This document shows, in pieces, positions 37,941 to 49,875 of a stretch of 64,000 bases of DNA. The DNA is taken from contig CM052816.1 in assembly GCA_028534125.1 (NCBI GenBank), positions 32,490,001 to 32,554,000 of the forward strand. Direction: 5' to 3'. Position 1 is the stretch's first letter; every line of letters begins with the position of its first letter. The DNA is from Lama glama. Lineage: Eukaryota. The notes under the pieces are model-generated. The model was not told the DNA's origin, did no database searches, and saw only the letters and a list, made by a program, of their open reading frames with translations. The position numbers were made by a program, and so were the translations under genes.

Positions 37941-39739
37941 CCTTAGAGCTTCTCTCTCAAAAAAAAAAAAATTTTTTTTCTTAATAATCTATGGAATAAT
38001 TTTTTGAAGAGAGACAGTTCATTCTTTACCAGTAGCCTCCCTCTTATTCTACCCTATCCATCAGAATAATGCTTGTCAAAGAGAAAAGTATTGAAGACCC
38101 TGCCAAGTAAGTTACATCACAAAAAGTAGTTTTTAAAGAAGGGAGATAGCCCTCTTTTGAGTTGCATCCTATTACCGCCTAGTCTATTTGGATACCTTAC
38201 TCATTTTTCTTTCTCATGTAGTGTGTGCCCAGGTGCATCCAGTTTTTAAGAGTCTCCTGCCTTCTGACTCACTTCATACATATGTCATTAACCAGCTCCC
38301 CTCACATCTAAGTACTGGAACCTTAGATCCCACTTGTTGAAATACCTCAAGGAGGTTAGCCACATTTCAAAGGAAGTCATCTCCCAAGAGGGCTATCTAA
38401 GCTTTTTCTTCATTCTTGCCATCTCTGTGTAAATATTCTCTGGCGTGTAAAGACAATTCTTATTTTGCACAGTTTTTAATCCTTGTTGATGAATGCATTG
38501 ATCTGGTTCATATTTAGTATAAATGGTTTGGAATTTTGACTTTGAAATACTCTAGTCTCCCCTTCTCTGTTTAACTGTCTACTAGCAAAAAAATGGGAGC
38601 AGAGGAGCTAGTTAATAAGTCTAGTTTCTTTAGGGACATTTTTTGAGTTTTTTAAACAACAGATGAACATCTTTGCCTATTGGATTGAGAGAGATTCCAA
38701 AGATTGGCTAGAATGGGTGAAATGGGTTATTTTGATACATTATTGGTAGAATTATAGATTGATTCAGGCTTTCTGAAGTGCAATATATCATAAATACAAT
38801 AATTTAAATTTGTATACACTCTGACACAGAAATTCAGTATCTGGAAATTTATCCTTATCAAATAATAGACACAGATATATGTAAAAAGACATTAATTACT
38901 ACAGCATGTTTATAATATTAGAACTTTAAACACTCAAAATGCCTAACAGCAGGGAGTTGTTAAATTAATTTTCATGTATGCATATAATAGAATACCCAGC
39001 AGTTGTTGGAAAAGATGAGATTGATATATGTGCACTGATATGGAAAGTTGTGTAAGGTAAGCAGCGAAGTTAAAAAAAAAAAGAACAGCTTGCTTAATGG
39101 TGCAGATGGAAAGGTCCGTTTCTGTTTTTACAGGAAAGTTTAGATTTTTTACAATGAGCATGAATTATAATACAAGTCAATTTTTATATTAAATAAAAGA
39201 GTGCTATCAAATTACCAGTTAATGACATTGACCTTCATTTAAAAATGAACTCCTTTTCTAGATCCTAACCTAATGTGGATTCTAATGTGTTGCGTGTTTT
39301 ACCTGGCTCACATATTCTGGTTTGCACCATGAATAAAGCATATCAACTTAATTAACATCAATTTAATGATGCAGGTATTAATTCACCTATAGAAATTTGA
39401 GGGAAAGGATGAGGAAGTTAGCTCTTAGTTACCTGCAGTTATTTTGATTTAAAGTCATACTGGCCATGTGACCTTAGAGAAGTCCCATCGTCTTTCTGTC
39501 CCCCAGCAACTCATCTACAAAATAAGGAACCCGGGGACTTGTCTTCTGGTGCCTCTTGATCCTCTCGCCCAGCATGCTGCTTTCCCATCCCTTTCTTTTG
39601 GAAACAACACATTGCTCTTCCTGTAAGAGTGGTATCCCAGGGAAGGAATTACCTAGTATACATCTGGCAAAGAAACATCTAGGGTAGATGACCTCTGTAG
39701 TCATGTCTAACTTTCTGCTTCTGACAATAAGAAAATGGC

Positions 39740-39798
39740 AAAAAAAAAAAAAAAAAGAAGAAGAAGAAGGAGGAGGAGGAGGAGGAGAAGGAGAAGAA
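39740..39798 (+). repeat. Compound polypurine repeat A17-(GAA)n-(GGA)n
   Basis: Read directly; uninterrupted purine tract of ~59 nt. Confidence 0.9.
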
Positions 39799-40549
39799 TA
39801 CAGTCATTTTCTCCAAGGAGGGTGGTTGGTAGACAGGAATAGAATGGAGACTTAATGTTTTACTATATTCTTTTTTTTGCATTTAGAGTTTTGTGTACTT
39901 TATTCTGTTTGTGTGTTTCTTAGTCACTACAGAAATAAATATTTTAAAATAATTTTTGAGAAGGCAAAGTATAATGTATGGTATCTTTTTAAATAGGTTG
40001 GATAGAATAAAGATTTATTCTATGTGAATTTATATATGTGAAAATAACAGTGATTATCTCTTTGTGGTGGAACTGTGAGCAAAATTTGTTTTTTCTATGA
40101 TTTTATATATTTTTGTAAATTTTCTTCCATGAATCTCATGTGGCCAGATCAATCTTCTTAATTTTAACCATTAATCTTACAAAATAAAAAATGTAAAATA
40201 AAGAACAAAAGGAGGCCAAATGAGCACATCAAAACAAGGGGAGAAGTTATCACACAATCTCTATTACCAGCCATGTCACTTGACACAGACAGGTGCTCAG
40301 GGCATGGCCTGGGAATCACTGAATTTCAGCCCCTCAAACCCACATGCCTACTCTGAATGTGAGCTGTTTTCTCAGCTTAAAACCTTCCTCTTCCTAAAAT
40401 CCTCTTTCAAAACCTCCACCCACTGCCTCATTTTCATCTCAATACGTTCACCCTCTGCTCAGGTATCTACTTTGCTCTTCCTCCCCTAGGAAGCTCCTGA
40501 ACTCCCAAATCTGGTTTGGGTCCCCATGCAGCCTATTATTACTAACCCC

Positions 40550-40675
40550 TTACTAGACTGTAGTTCGTGAAATCAGGGCCATGTTTAGCTTGTTCACCAT
40601 TGTATCCCAAGCACCTGTCACAGCATTTGACAGACAGTAAACACTCTATAAATATGTGCTGAACGAATGAATGAA
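40550..40675 (+). mobile_element. L2 LINE 3' end
   Basis: actagactgta...cttgttcaccattgtatccc...ataaatatgtgctgaacgaatgaatgaa. Confidence 0.75.
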
Positions 40676-41433
40676 GTTGTACAAGCTCCACTTGTGGCAT
40701 ATTATGTGCACATTTATTTCAGCACCTTCATGTGGACTCTAGCTTGTTTCCCTTACAAAACACTCTCACTTTGCCAGCTACCATCTTCTTAACCAAAAGC
40801 AACTTTTGCAGTTGTGGTAATAAAGAGTTGGAGTAAGCATACAACCTTTGCCATATATTTATATGTGCACTCTACCCTGGAGGCTTCTCATTGCCCTATA
40901 TATTCCTGGATTTTGTGATTGGCACTTTGATCTCAGAAGTGTTATGAGATATTCCTTATTTTCTGTAGAAATTAGCTTGAATGAGCAATTAGGGCAATAG
41001 TAAAAACTTCAGACTTTCTTTGTGCGAACTTACAGACCAGAGTTTACGCTGAAGGTTCATTGAATAAATACCAAATACTATTAGAGGTGGTTCTTGAGCT
41101 GATGGCTATGATGATACTGATGAAAGAGTTTCATTTCGAAAGCTTGGGTTGAGTTGTCCCAAATGAAGACTGATGTCTAATAAATTATTCAATCTGAGTT
41201 AGAAGCATGCTTTATTGATATCATGGTTGTAGTTGTTGTTGGTAATATTATAAATCAGTGGCAAGTAATATAATTACATAGGTCCTGTAGCATGCGAAAT
41301 CTGAAAGGAATTTTAATGATCACCTAATCCTACACCTTAAGTATCTTATAGATAAAGGTATTGAGACATAAAGAGATTAAGTATTTAACTCTTGGCAGAG
41401 TTGGGTTTAACCACAGGACTCCTGCTCTTAAGT

Positions 41434-44400
41434 CTTTTTTTTGATTGAGATATAGTTGGATTTATATTATTGTGTTAGTTTTAGGTATACAGCAAAGTGA
41501 TTCAGGTATACATTTTTTTCAGATTCTTTCCCATTGTAGGTTATTACAAGATATTGAATATAATTCCGGGTGATATGCAGTAAATCCTTGTTACTTATCT
41601 ATTTGCAGATAGTGGTTTGTATCTGTTAATCTCATACTCCTGATTTGTCCCTTCCTTCTCCCTCTCCCCTTTGGTAACCATACTTTTTTTTTTTTCCTAT
41701 GTCTGTGAGTCTTTCTGTTTTGTATGTAGATTCATTTGTATTATTTTTCAGATTCCATGTATAAGTGATACCATATAGTATTTGTCTTTCTCTGTGTGAC
41801 TTACTTCACTATCATATTCTCTAGGTCTATCCATGTTGCTGCAAATGGCAATATTTTTTTTATGGCTGAGTAATGTGTTTATGTCTATATCTATGTCTGT
41901 ATATTCCACATCTTCTTAAGACAACTGTCTTTTGATGGATGTTTAAGTTACTTCCGTATCTTGGCTATTGTAAACAGTGTTGCTGTGAACATGGAGGTGC
42001 ATGTGTCTTTCAGAATTGGAGTTTTCATCTTTTTCAGATATATACCCAGGAATGGGATCATACAGCAACTCTATTTTAAGGAACTCTATTTAAGGAACCT
42101 CCATACTGTTTTCCCCAGTGGCTGCACCAATGTACATTTCCACCAACAGTTTAGGAGGGTTCCCTTTTCTCCACATCCTCTCCAGCATTTATAATTTGTA
42201 GACTTTATGACAAGAGACATTCTGACTGGTGTGAGGTGATGCCTCATTGTGCTTTTGATTTGCATTTCTCTAATGATTAGCAATGTTGAGTATCCTTTCA
42301 TGTGCCTGTTGGCCATCTGCATGTTGTTTCTGGGAAAATGTCTATTTAGGTCTTCTGCCCATTTTTTGATTGTGTTGTTAATTTTTTTGATATTAAGTTG
42401 TATGAGTTGTTTGTATATTTTGGATAATAACCCCTTGTTGGCCACATTATTTGTAAATACTTTCTCCCATTCCATAGGTTGCCTTTTCATTTTGTTGATG
42501 GTTTCTTTCGCTGATTAGGTCATTTTTTTTTGCTTTCATTTACTTTGCCTTGGGAGGCTGATCTAAGAAGATATTGCTGTTGCTCTAGTTTATGTCTGAG
42601 AATGTTTAGCCTGTTTTCTTCTAGGAGTTTTATGGTATCATGTCTTATACCTAGCTCTTTAAGCTATTTTGAATTTATTTTTGTATATAGTATGAGGGAG
42701 TATTCTAGTTTCATTGATTTACATGTAGCTGTCCAGCTTTCCCAACACCAGCACCACCTCATTGTCTTTTTTCCATTGCATATTCCTGCCTACTTTGTCA
42801 TAGATTAATTGACTGTAAGTGCATGAGTTTATTTCTGGGCTTTCTATTCTGTTCCATTGATCTATATGTCTGCTTTTTTGACAATATCATGCTGTTTTGA
42901 TTACTGTAGCTTCGTAGTATAACCTGAAGTCTAGAAAGGTTATGTCTCCAGCTTTGTTCTTTTTCCTTACGATTGCTTTGGCAATTCTGGGCCTTTTTTG
43001 GTTCCTTATTTTGTAAATTTTATAATTGTTTGTTCTAGTTCTGTGAAAAAATGTTTTGGTTAATTTAATAGTAATTTCATTAAATCTGTAGATTGCTTTG
43101 GGTAGCATGGCCATTTTAACAGTATTAATTCTTCCAATCCCAGAGCATGGGAAATCTTTTCACATATTTGAATCATCTTCAGTTTTCTTTATCAGTGTTT
43201 TGTAGTTCTCAGCATATCCTTGGCTAAGTTTATTTCTAGATTATTTTTGGTGTAGTTTTATACAGAATTTTATTTTACTTTCTCTTTCAAATATTTTGTA
43301 TTAGTGTAAAGAAATGCAGTAGATTTCTGTATGTTAATCTCGTATTCTGCTACATTACTGAATTCATTTATTCTAACAGTTTTTGTGTGGAGAGTTTAGG
43401 GTTCTCTATATACAGTATCATGTCATCTACAAATAGTTACAGTTTTCCTTTTCCCTTCCATTTTATGTACCTTTTATTTCTTTTTCTTATGTGCTTTGGC
43501 TAGGACTTCCAATACTATGTTGAATAGAAGTGGTGAGAGTGGGCATCCTTGTCTCGTTCCTGAATTTAGTGGGAAGGCTTTCAGTTTTTCATCACTGAGT
43601 GTTTGTCATAAGTGGCTTTTATTATGTTGAGTTATGTTCCCTCTATACTCACTTTGGTGACAGTTTTTATCATTAAGGATGTTGAATTTTGTCAAATTCC
43701 TTTTCTGCATCCATTGAAATGATCATGTGTTTTTTGTCTTTCTTTTTGTTGATGTAGTGTATCACATTGATGTGCATATGTTAAACATCCTTATGACCCT
43801 GGGATGAATCCAACTTGACCATGGTGTATGATCCTTTTCATGTATTTTTGGATTTGGTTTGCTAATATTTTGTTGAGGATTTTTGCATCTGTGTTTATCC
43901 CGGGTATTAGCCTGTATTTTTCTTTCTTTGTTTCTTTTTTTTTTCTGTAATGTCTGTCTGGTTTTAATATCAGGATGATGACAGCTTCATAGAATGAATT
44001 TGGGAGCGTCTCCTCCTCTTTGGTTTTTTGAAATAATTTGAGAAAGATAGGTATGAGTTCTTCTTTGTATGTTTGGTAGAATTCCTGATTGAGCCTGTAT
44101 AGTCTCGGACTTTTGTTTGCAGGGACTTTTTAAAAAGTTATTCTTATAGATTGTATTTCACTAGTGATCAGTTTGTTCAAATTATCTGTTTCTTCTTGAC
44201 TCAGTTTTGGCAGGTTGTATGTTTCTAGAAATTTGTCCATTTCTTCTAGATTGTCCAATTTATTGGCATATAACTGTTCATTATATTCTCATATTATTTT
44301 TTGTATTTCTGTGGTATCAGTTGTTATTTCTCCTCTTTCACATCTTATTTTGTTATTTGAATCTTCTCTCTTTTCTTCTTGGTGAGCCTGGCTAGAGATT

Positions 44401-45880
44401 TGTCAATTTTGTTTATCTTTTCAAAAAAGCAGCTCTTGTTTTATTGATCTTCTCTATTTTTTTTAATCTCTGTTTTATTTATTTGTTTTCTGATTTTTAT
44501 TATTTTCTTCCTTCTGCTGACTTTGGGTTTTGTTTGTTCTTCTTTTTCTAATTCTTTTAGGTGGTAGATTAGGCTGATTGAGATTTTTCTTGTTTCTTGA
44601 GGAAGGCCTGAATTGCTATGAACTTCCTTTCTTAGAACTCCTTTTGATGCATCTCATAGATTTTGTGAGATTGTGTTTTCATTTTCATTTGTCTCTAGAT
44701 ATTTTCTAATTTCTTCTTTGATTTTATCATTGACCCATTGGTTTTTCAGTAGGATGTTGTTTAATCTCCATGTGTTCATTCTTTTCCCATTTTTCTATCC
44801 ATGGTTGATTTCTAGTTTCATACTGTTATGGTCAGAAAAGATGCTTAAAATAATTTCTATCCTCTTTAACTTGTTGGGGTTTGTTTTGTGACCCAGTATA
44901 TGTGCTATCCTAAAGAATGTTCCATACATGCTTGAAAGGAATGTGTATTCTGGTTTTTTGGGATGTAGTATCGTGTAGATATCAATTAAGTTTGACTGGT
45001 CTGTTGTGTCATTTAGGACCTCTGTTTCCTTGTTGATTTTTTTGTCTGGGTGATCTGTCCATTGATGTCAGTGGGGTATTAAAATCTTCTACTAATATTG
45101 TATTATTGTCATTTTCTCCCTTTATGTCTATTAGTATTTGTTTTATATATTTACTTTCTCCTATATTGGATGCAAAAAAGTTAATAAGTGTAGTGTCCTC
45201 TTCTTATACGATCCCTTTATCATTATGTAATGCCTTTTTTTGTCTTCCTTTATGGCGTTTATTTTAAAGTCTGATACGAGTATTTCCACTCCTGCTTTTT
45301 TGTGATTTCCATTTACATGAACTATTTTCTTTCACCCCCTCACTTTTAGTCTTGTGTGTCTTTCACCCTGAAGTGCATTTCTTATAGGCAGCATATTATA
45401 GATTCTTGTTTTTTTAATCCAATCTGCCACTCTATGTCTTTTGAGCAGAGCATTTTGTCCATTGACATTAAAAGTAATTATTGATACAATGAATATATGT
45501 ATGTTCATGTATAACTGAAAAATTGTGCTCTACACTGGAATTTGAGACAACTTTGTAAAATGATTATAAATCAATAAAAATATTTTTAAAAAAGTAATTA
45601 TTGATATATATGTACTTATTGCCATTGAAATTCTTGTTTTCTAGTTGTTCTTGTGGTTCTTTGTTGTTTCTTCTTTTTGTTTTTCCTCTTGTGGATTGAT
45701 TAATTTCTTTAGTATTATGCTTGAGTTCCTTTCTTTTTGGTTTTTGTGAATCTACTGTATATTTTTTATTTGTGGTTACAAAAGGGTTCAAGTATATTGA
45801 GTCATAACCATATCTACTTGCTTTAAAATGATAGTCATTTAAGTTTGATCACATTCTAAAAGATCTACATTTTTATCCTC
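41434..45880 (-). mobile_element. Large L1 (3'UTR plus nearly all of ORF2, degenerate)
   Basis: Minus-strand ORFs [12 protein letters not shown]...[18 protein letters not shown] (ORF2 Cys-rich end) and [12 protein letters not shown].... RT and endonuclease regions are recognisable through ~45.5 kb. T-tail at 41435. Confidence 0.95.
45487..45589 (+). mobile_element. Young, extremely 5'-truncated L1 3' end (~103 bp) nested in the older L1
   Basis: Perfect 17-bp TSD aaaagtaattattgata at 45470-45486 and 45590-45606. Sequence matches the 3' ends at 47615-47771 and 47879-48070. Confidence 0.9.
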
Positions 45881-46372
45881 CCCTTTCCCCTTTGGTTACC
45901 ATAGTTTGTAATCTGTGTCTGTGAATCTATTTCTGATTTATCCTCTTTTTAAGATTCCACATATAAGAGATATAGTATTTATCTTTGTTTAAGCTATTTC
46001 ACTTAATATGATAATCTCTAGGTTCATCCATGTTACTGCAAATGGCATTATTTCATTCTTTTTTATGACTAATATTCCATTATATAAATATACCACAGCT
46101 TCTTTATCCAGTCATCTATCAATGGACATTTAGGTTGCTTCCATATCTTGGCTGTTGCAAACAGTGCTGATATGAACATTGGGGTGGGTGCATGTATCTT
46201 TTTGAATTCAAGTCTTCTCTGGATATATGCCAGGAGTGGGATTGCTGGATCATATGATAACTCTATTTTTAGTTTTTAAAGGACCCTCAATACTGTTTTC
46301 CATAGTGGCTACACCAGTATACATTCCCACCAACAGTGTAGGAGGGTTCCTTTTTCTCCACACCCTTTTCAG
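45881..46372 (-). mobile_element. Second L1 ORF2-end/3'UTR segment abutting the large L1
   Basis: Diverged repeat of ~41660-42190: cccctttgg(t/a)..accata and ggagggttcc.ttttctccaca occur in both. Confidence 0.85.
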
Positions 46373-46975
46373 TTCCCTTAAGTTTTAATTTAGTAGTTTT
46401 TATAATTCACTATTACTTGTAATATAATCTTACATATAACTGTAGAAAAGTATGAAATTAAGCTTTGTTGTATAGACATAATGGATATACCAGTAGTATA
46501 TCTCTGAATGTGCTTAGTCCAGGTTGTGGATAGGATAAAGCAATATTTAAGAGGGAATATATATCTCCCCATAATCAAATTACTATTTTTCATTGAGTCT
46601 AAGATGCCACTGATTACATTAATAACATTTTATTTACCACAAAGAAAGAAATAATTAACTGAAGGCTCTATCAGTTATGAAAGAGATCCCAATTTTAGAA
46701 ATATGTGGAAAAAAATCATCTTAAAAACTGATGAAGTATAGTGATAGGATCATCTGTATACTACTCTTTTGTGCTAAAACAATTGATTTAATGTTACTAA
46801 TGTCTCTGTATTTATTTTGTGTTCATTGGTAAATATAAGTGAAAGACACAGGTGTAAATATTTTCATGTAACAGATATATATAAGAAAGAATTCATGTAA
46901 ATAATTTTTTTGTAGATGAAATCAAGATGCTTTTGAAAACTTAGCTTGAAACCAACCTTTAAAATAGAGTTTATT

Positions 46976-47771
46976 AAAGCACAACCACTCAAAACCTATG
47001 GGACACAGCAAAGGCAGTGCTAAGAGGGAAGTTTATAGCAATACAGGCCTTCCTCAAAAAAGAAGAACAATCTCAAATAAACAAGTTAACCCACCACCTG
47101 AATCAATTAGAAAANNNNNNNNNNNNNNNNNNNNNNNNNNNNNNNNNNNNNNNNNNNNNNNNNNNNNNNNNNNNNNNNNNNNNNNNNNNNNNNNNNNNNN
47201 NNNNNNNNNNNNNNNNNNNNNNNNNNNNNNNNNNNNNNNNNNNNNNNNNNNNNNNNNNNNNNNNNNNNNNNNNNNNNNNNNNNNNNNNNNNNNNNNNNNN
47301 NNNNNNNNNNNNNNNNNNNNNNNNNNNNNNNNNNNNNNNNNNNNNNNNNNNNNNNNNNNNNNNNNNNNNNNNNNNNNNNNNNNNNNNNNNNNNNNNNNNN
47401 NNNNNNNNNNNNNNNNNNNNNNNNNNNNNNNNNNNNNNNNNNNNNNNNNNNNNNNNNNNNNNNNNNNNNNNNNNNNNNNNNNNNNNNNNNNNNNNNNNNN
47501 NNNNNNNNNNNNNNNNNNNNNNNNNNNNNNNNNNNNNNNNNNNNNNNNNNNNNNNNNNNNNNNNNNNNNNNNNNNNNNNNNNNNNNNNNNNNNNNNNNNN
47601 NNNNNNNNNNNNNNAATATACACAAAATGTTATGATAAATCACAGAGAAAAAAATGTGACAAGGAGTGTGTATGTGTCCACGAATGACTGAAAAATTGTG
47701 CTGAACACTGGAATTTGACACAACACTGTAAAATGATTATAAATCAATAAAAAATGTTTAAAAAAATAAAA
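46976..47771 (+). mobile_element. Young 5'-truncated L1 insertion spanning an assembly gap
   Basis: Begins in ORF2 (QNLWDTAKAVLRGKFIAIQAFLKKEE, open frame) and ends in a 3'UTR with AATAAA and an A-tail. Perfect TSD aaaatagagtttatt at 46961-46975 and 47773-47787, at a TT/AAAA site. Confidence 0.93.
47115..47614. other. Assembly gap (500 N)
   Basis: Run of exactly 500 N. Confidence 0.99.
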
Positions 47772-47878
47772 TAAAATAGAGTTTATTGCCTTTGCTGACT
47801 ATAAATTTCAAGCATCATCCAAGAACTGGCTCTGATTCTCTGTGTCCTTTTACCTCTACCATCACCAAATATTGGTCT

Positions 47879-48070
47879 CTCTTTTTTATTTTTTTACTTT
47901 TTTTTATTGAGTTTTAGTCATTTTACAATGTTGTATCAAATTCCAGTGTAGAGCACAATTTTTCAGTTATACATGAACATATGTATATTCATTGTCACAT
48001 TTTTTTTCCCTCTGTGAGCTACCACAAGGTCTTGTATATATTTCCCTGTGCTATATAGTATAATCTTATC
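47879..48070 (-). mobile_element. Short 5'-truncated L1 3' end, same family as the 45487 and 47615 copies
   Basis: T-tail followed by the reverse complement of the tgtgctctacactggaatttga...aatgtgacaatgaata 3'UTR. attggtct flanks both sides (47871-47878, 48075-48082). Confidence 0.88.
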
Positions 48071-48254
48071 AAGCATTGGTCTTTAACTCAGCCTTGCTTC
48101 TCTTGAAGCAATCAGACGCTGGAGTAATTAATTCCAGGACTCAACATCTGTTGTCCACACCACACAGAGCAAAAGGAGCCTCAACCATCCCAACTTTCTT
48201 AGTTGGAGGCCCAGGGTTCACTCTGATGGACCAGCTTGAGTCACAAGCAGTTCA

Positions 48255-48445
48255 GTGGAGTCATTAGGAGCATAAATTCCACAGCCAAACTGCCTGAGTT
48301 CAGAATCCAACCCAGCTCACTATTTATAAGCTCTGAGCTTCAGAGCAGCTAAAGAGAGAGTTATAATAGCACCTACCTCATATTGTGAGGATTAAACAGA
48401 CTAATGAAGTGCTTTAAGTAATGCCTGGCACTTAGTACATGCTAT
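48255..48445 (+). mobile_element. MIR SINE
   Basis: ctgcctgagttcagaatcc...ataatagcacctacctcatattgtgaggattaaa...tgcctggcacttagta. Confidence 0.75.
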
Positions 48446-49454
48446 GAAAGTGTGATTGATGGTGGTGATGAGGTGATGTTGTCCATCCCTGAAGAAATCA
48501 CTGTGGCTACAGGAGACTGTACCGAATGGCTTCGCCTAAGTCTCAAGTCACCTCCCATGTAATAAGAAGCATTTGCTTCTCTGGAATCACATGAGTCTCC
48601 AAATAGGGGCACTGAGAATGAATAACTAGGCAATTGAGGTGTAGAAAGCAGGTAGCAGTAGCCAACAAGTAGCTACTACCCAAATCACAATTCAAATACA
48701 TGGGGTTGTTTGACAAATTATATTCTGAAATGAAGACCATATGTTCAAGGTAAATAATCATCCTTTGCTTTATATCTTTGACAAATATATATGTTCATGT
48801 ACCAAGTTTCCATGTTGAATAAATCATATGCTTAAAAAATATTACTCAGACTCTCCTTCTCCTCATAAATTTTCATTCATTTTACTACTCAATCTGTACT
48901 CGTTGACAATCCACTGTGGACCAGACTTAGCAGTGAGCAAACTGAACATGGTTCCTGCCCTCACAGAGTTTGCAGTCTTATATAATGTTAGTCCTTAGCA
49001 AATATTAATATTTCATTAGCTAGATTCCTAGTATACAAAATGGAATTGCAAATAAGACCCTAGAAAATCAACATGGGAATTTTTTTTGGTTGAGTAGATT
49101 ATTTTTGACTATAGATTTATAATTATAAATGTTTTTTATATGTCTGACTTCACTGTTAGACTGTGAGCTGCCTGAAGGCAGAGGCAGCACCCTATTCAGT
49201 TTTTTACCTATAACAGCTGAGGTAGTGCCTGGCACATCGTACAGCTTTTGATTCACTTCTTTAGTCCCTGCTCCAGAAAAGCAATATACATGACTGAAGT
49301 GGGTAAAAGCTAGGTAGGAAAAGGTAATTCCTGAGCATTTATCCAAAAGATACTTCTGATTTCGCAATTTTTGATCACTTGGAATTAAAGTTTACCTTAC
49401 CATTATCTATATATCAAAGCAAAATATGGCTTATCATCTACCTTGGAAACTCAA

Positions 49455-49875
49455 CCCCAATTTGTAGCTGGGCATTTTTCCCAAATTCCTCTGCAAGTAG
49501 GTATGACCATGTGATGCAGACCTGGCCAGTGAGATCTAAGTGTTAAGTATTTAGTGGTACTTCCTGAGAGCCTTTTAAACATCTCTGTAAAAGTCTGTAA
49601 CAAGAAGAAAGGAGACATGCGACATCTGTCTCCCTGTGATGGCTTGCATTTGAATGGGATGGCTGGAGTGCAAACAGCCAGGTAAAGATGATGGCGGGGA
49701 ACAAGAAAAGAGCCTGTACCCAGCACCCACGCAAGCACCACACTAGCCAGGGGCAGCCTGTCTTGGCTTCTTTATTAGGAAGGAAGAACGAAGCGTCCAC
49801 CTGTTCAAGCCCCTGTTGTTTGTTTCGGGTAGTTGTTTGCCTTTTGTTACAGGTTGCTAAATGTAATCCCATGTG
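49455..49875 (+). mobile_element. Ancient MaLR LTR (MLT1J-like)
   Basis: ttcctctgcaagtaggtatgaccatgtga...ctggccagtgagat...gatggctggagtgcaaacagcca...tgttcaagccc...ttttgttac. Confidence 0.6.

Noticed and set aside
46998..47721. ORFs of 189-229 aa in the track
   Set aside because: Artefacts of translating through 500 N; only the short L1 ORF2 part is real.
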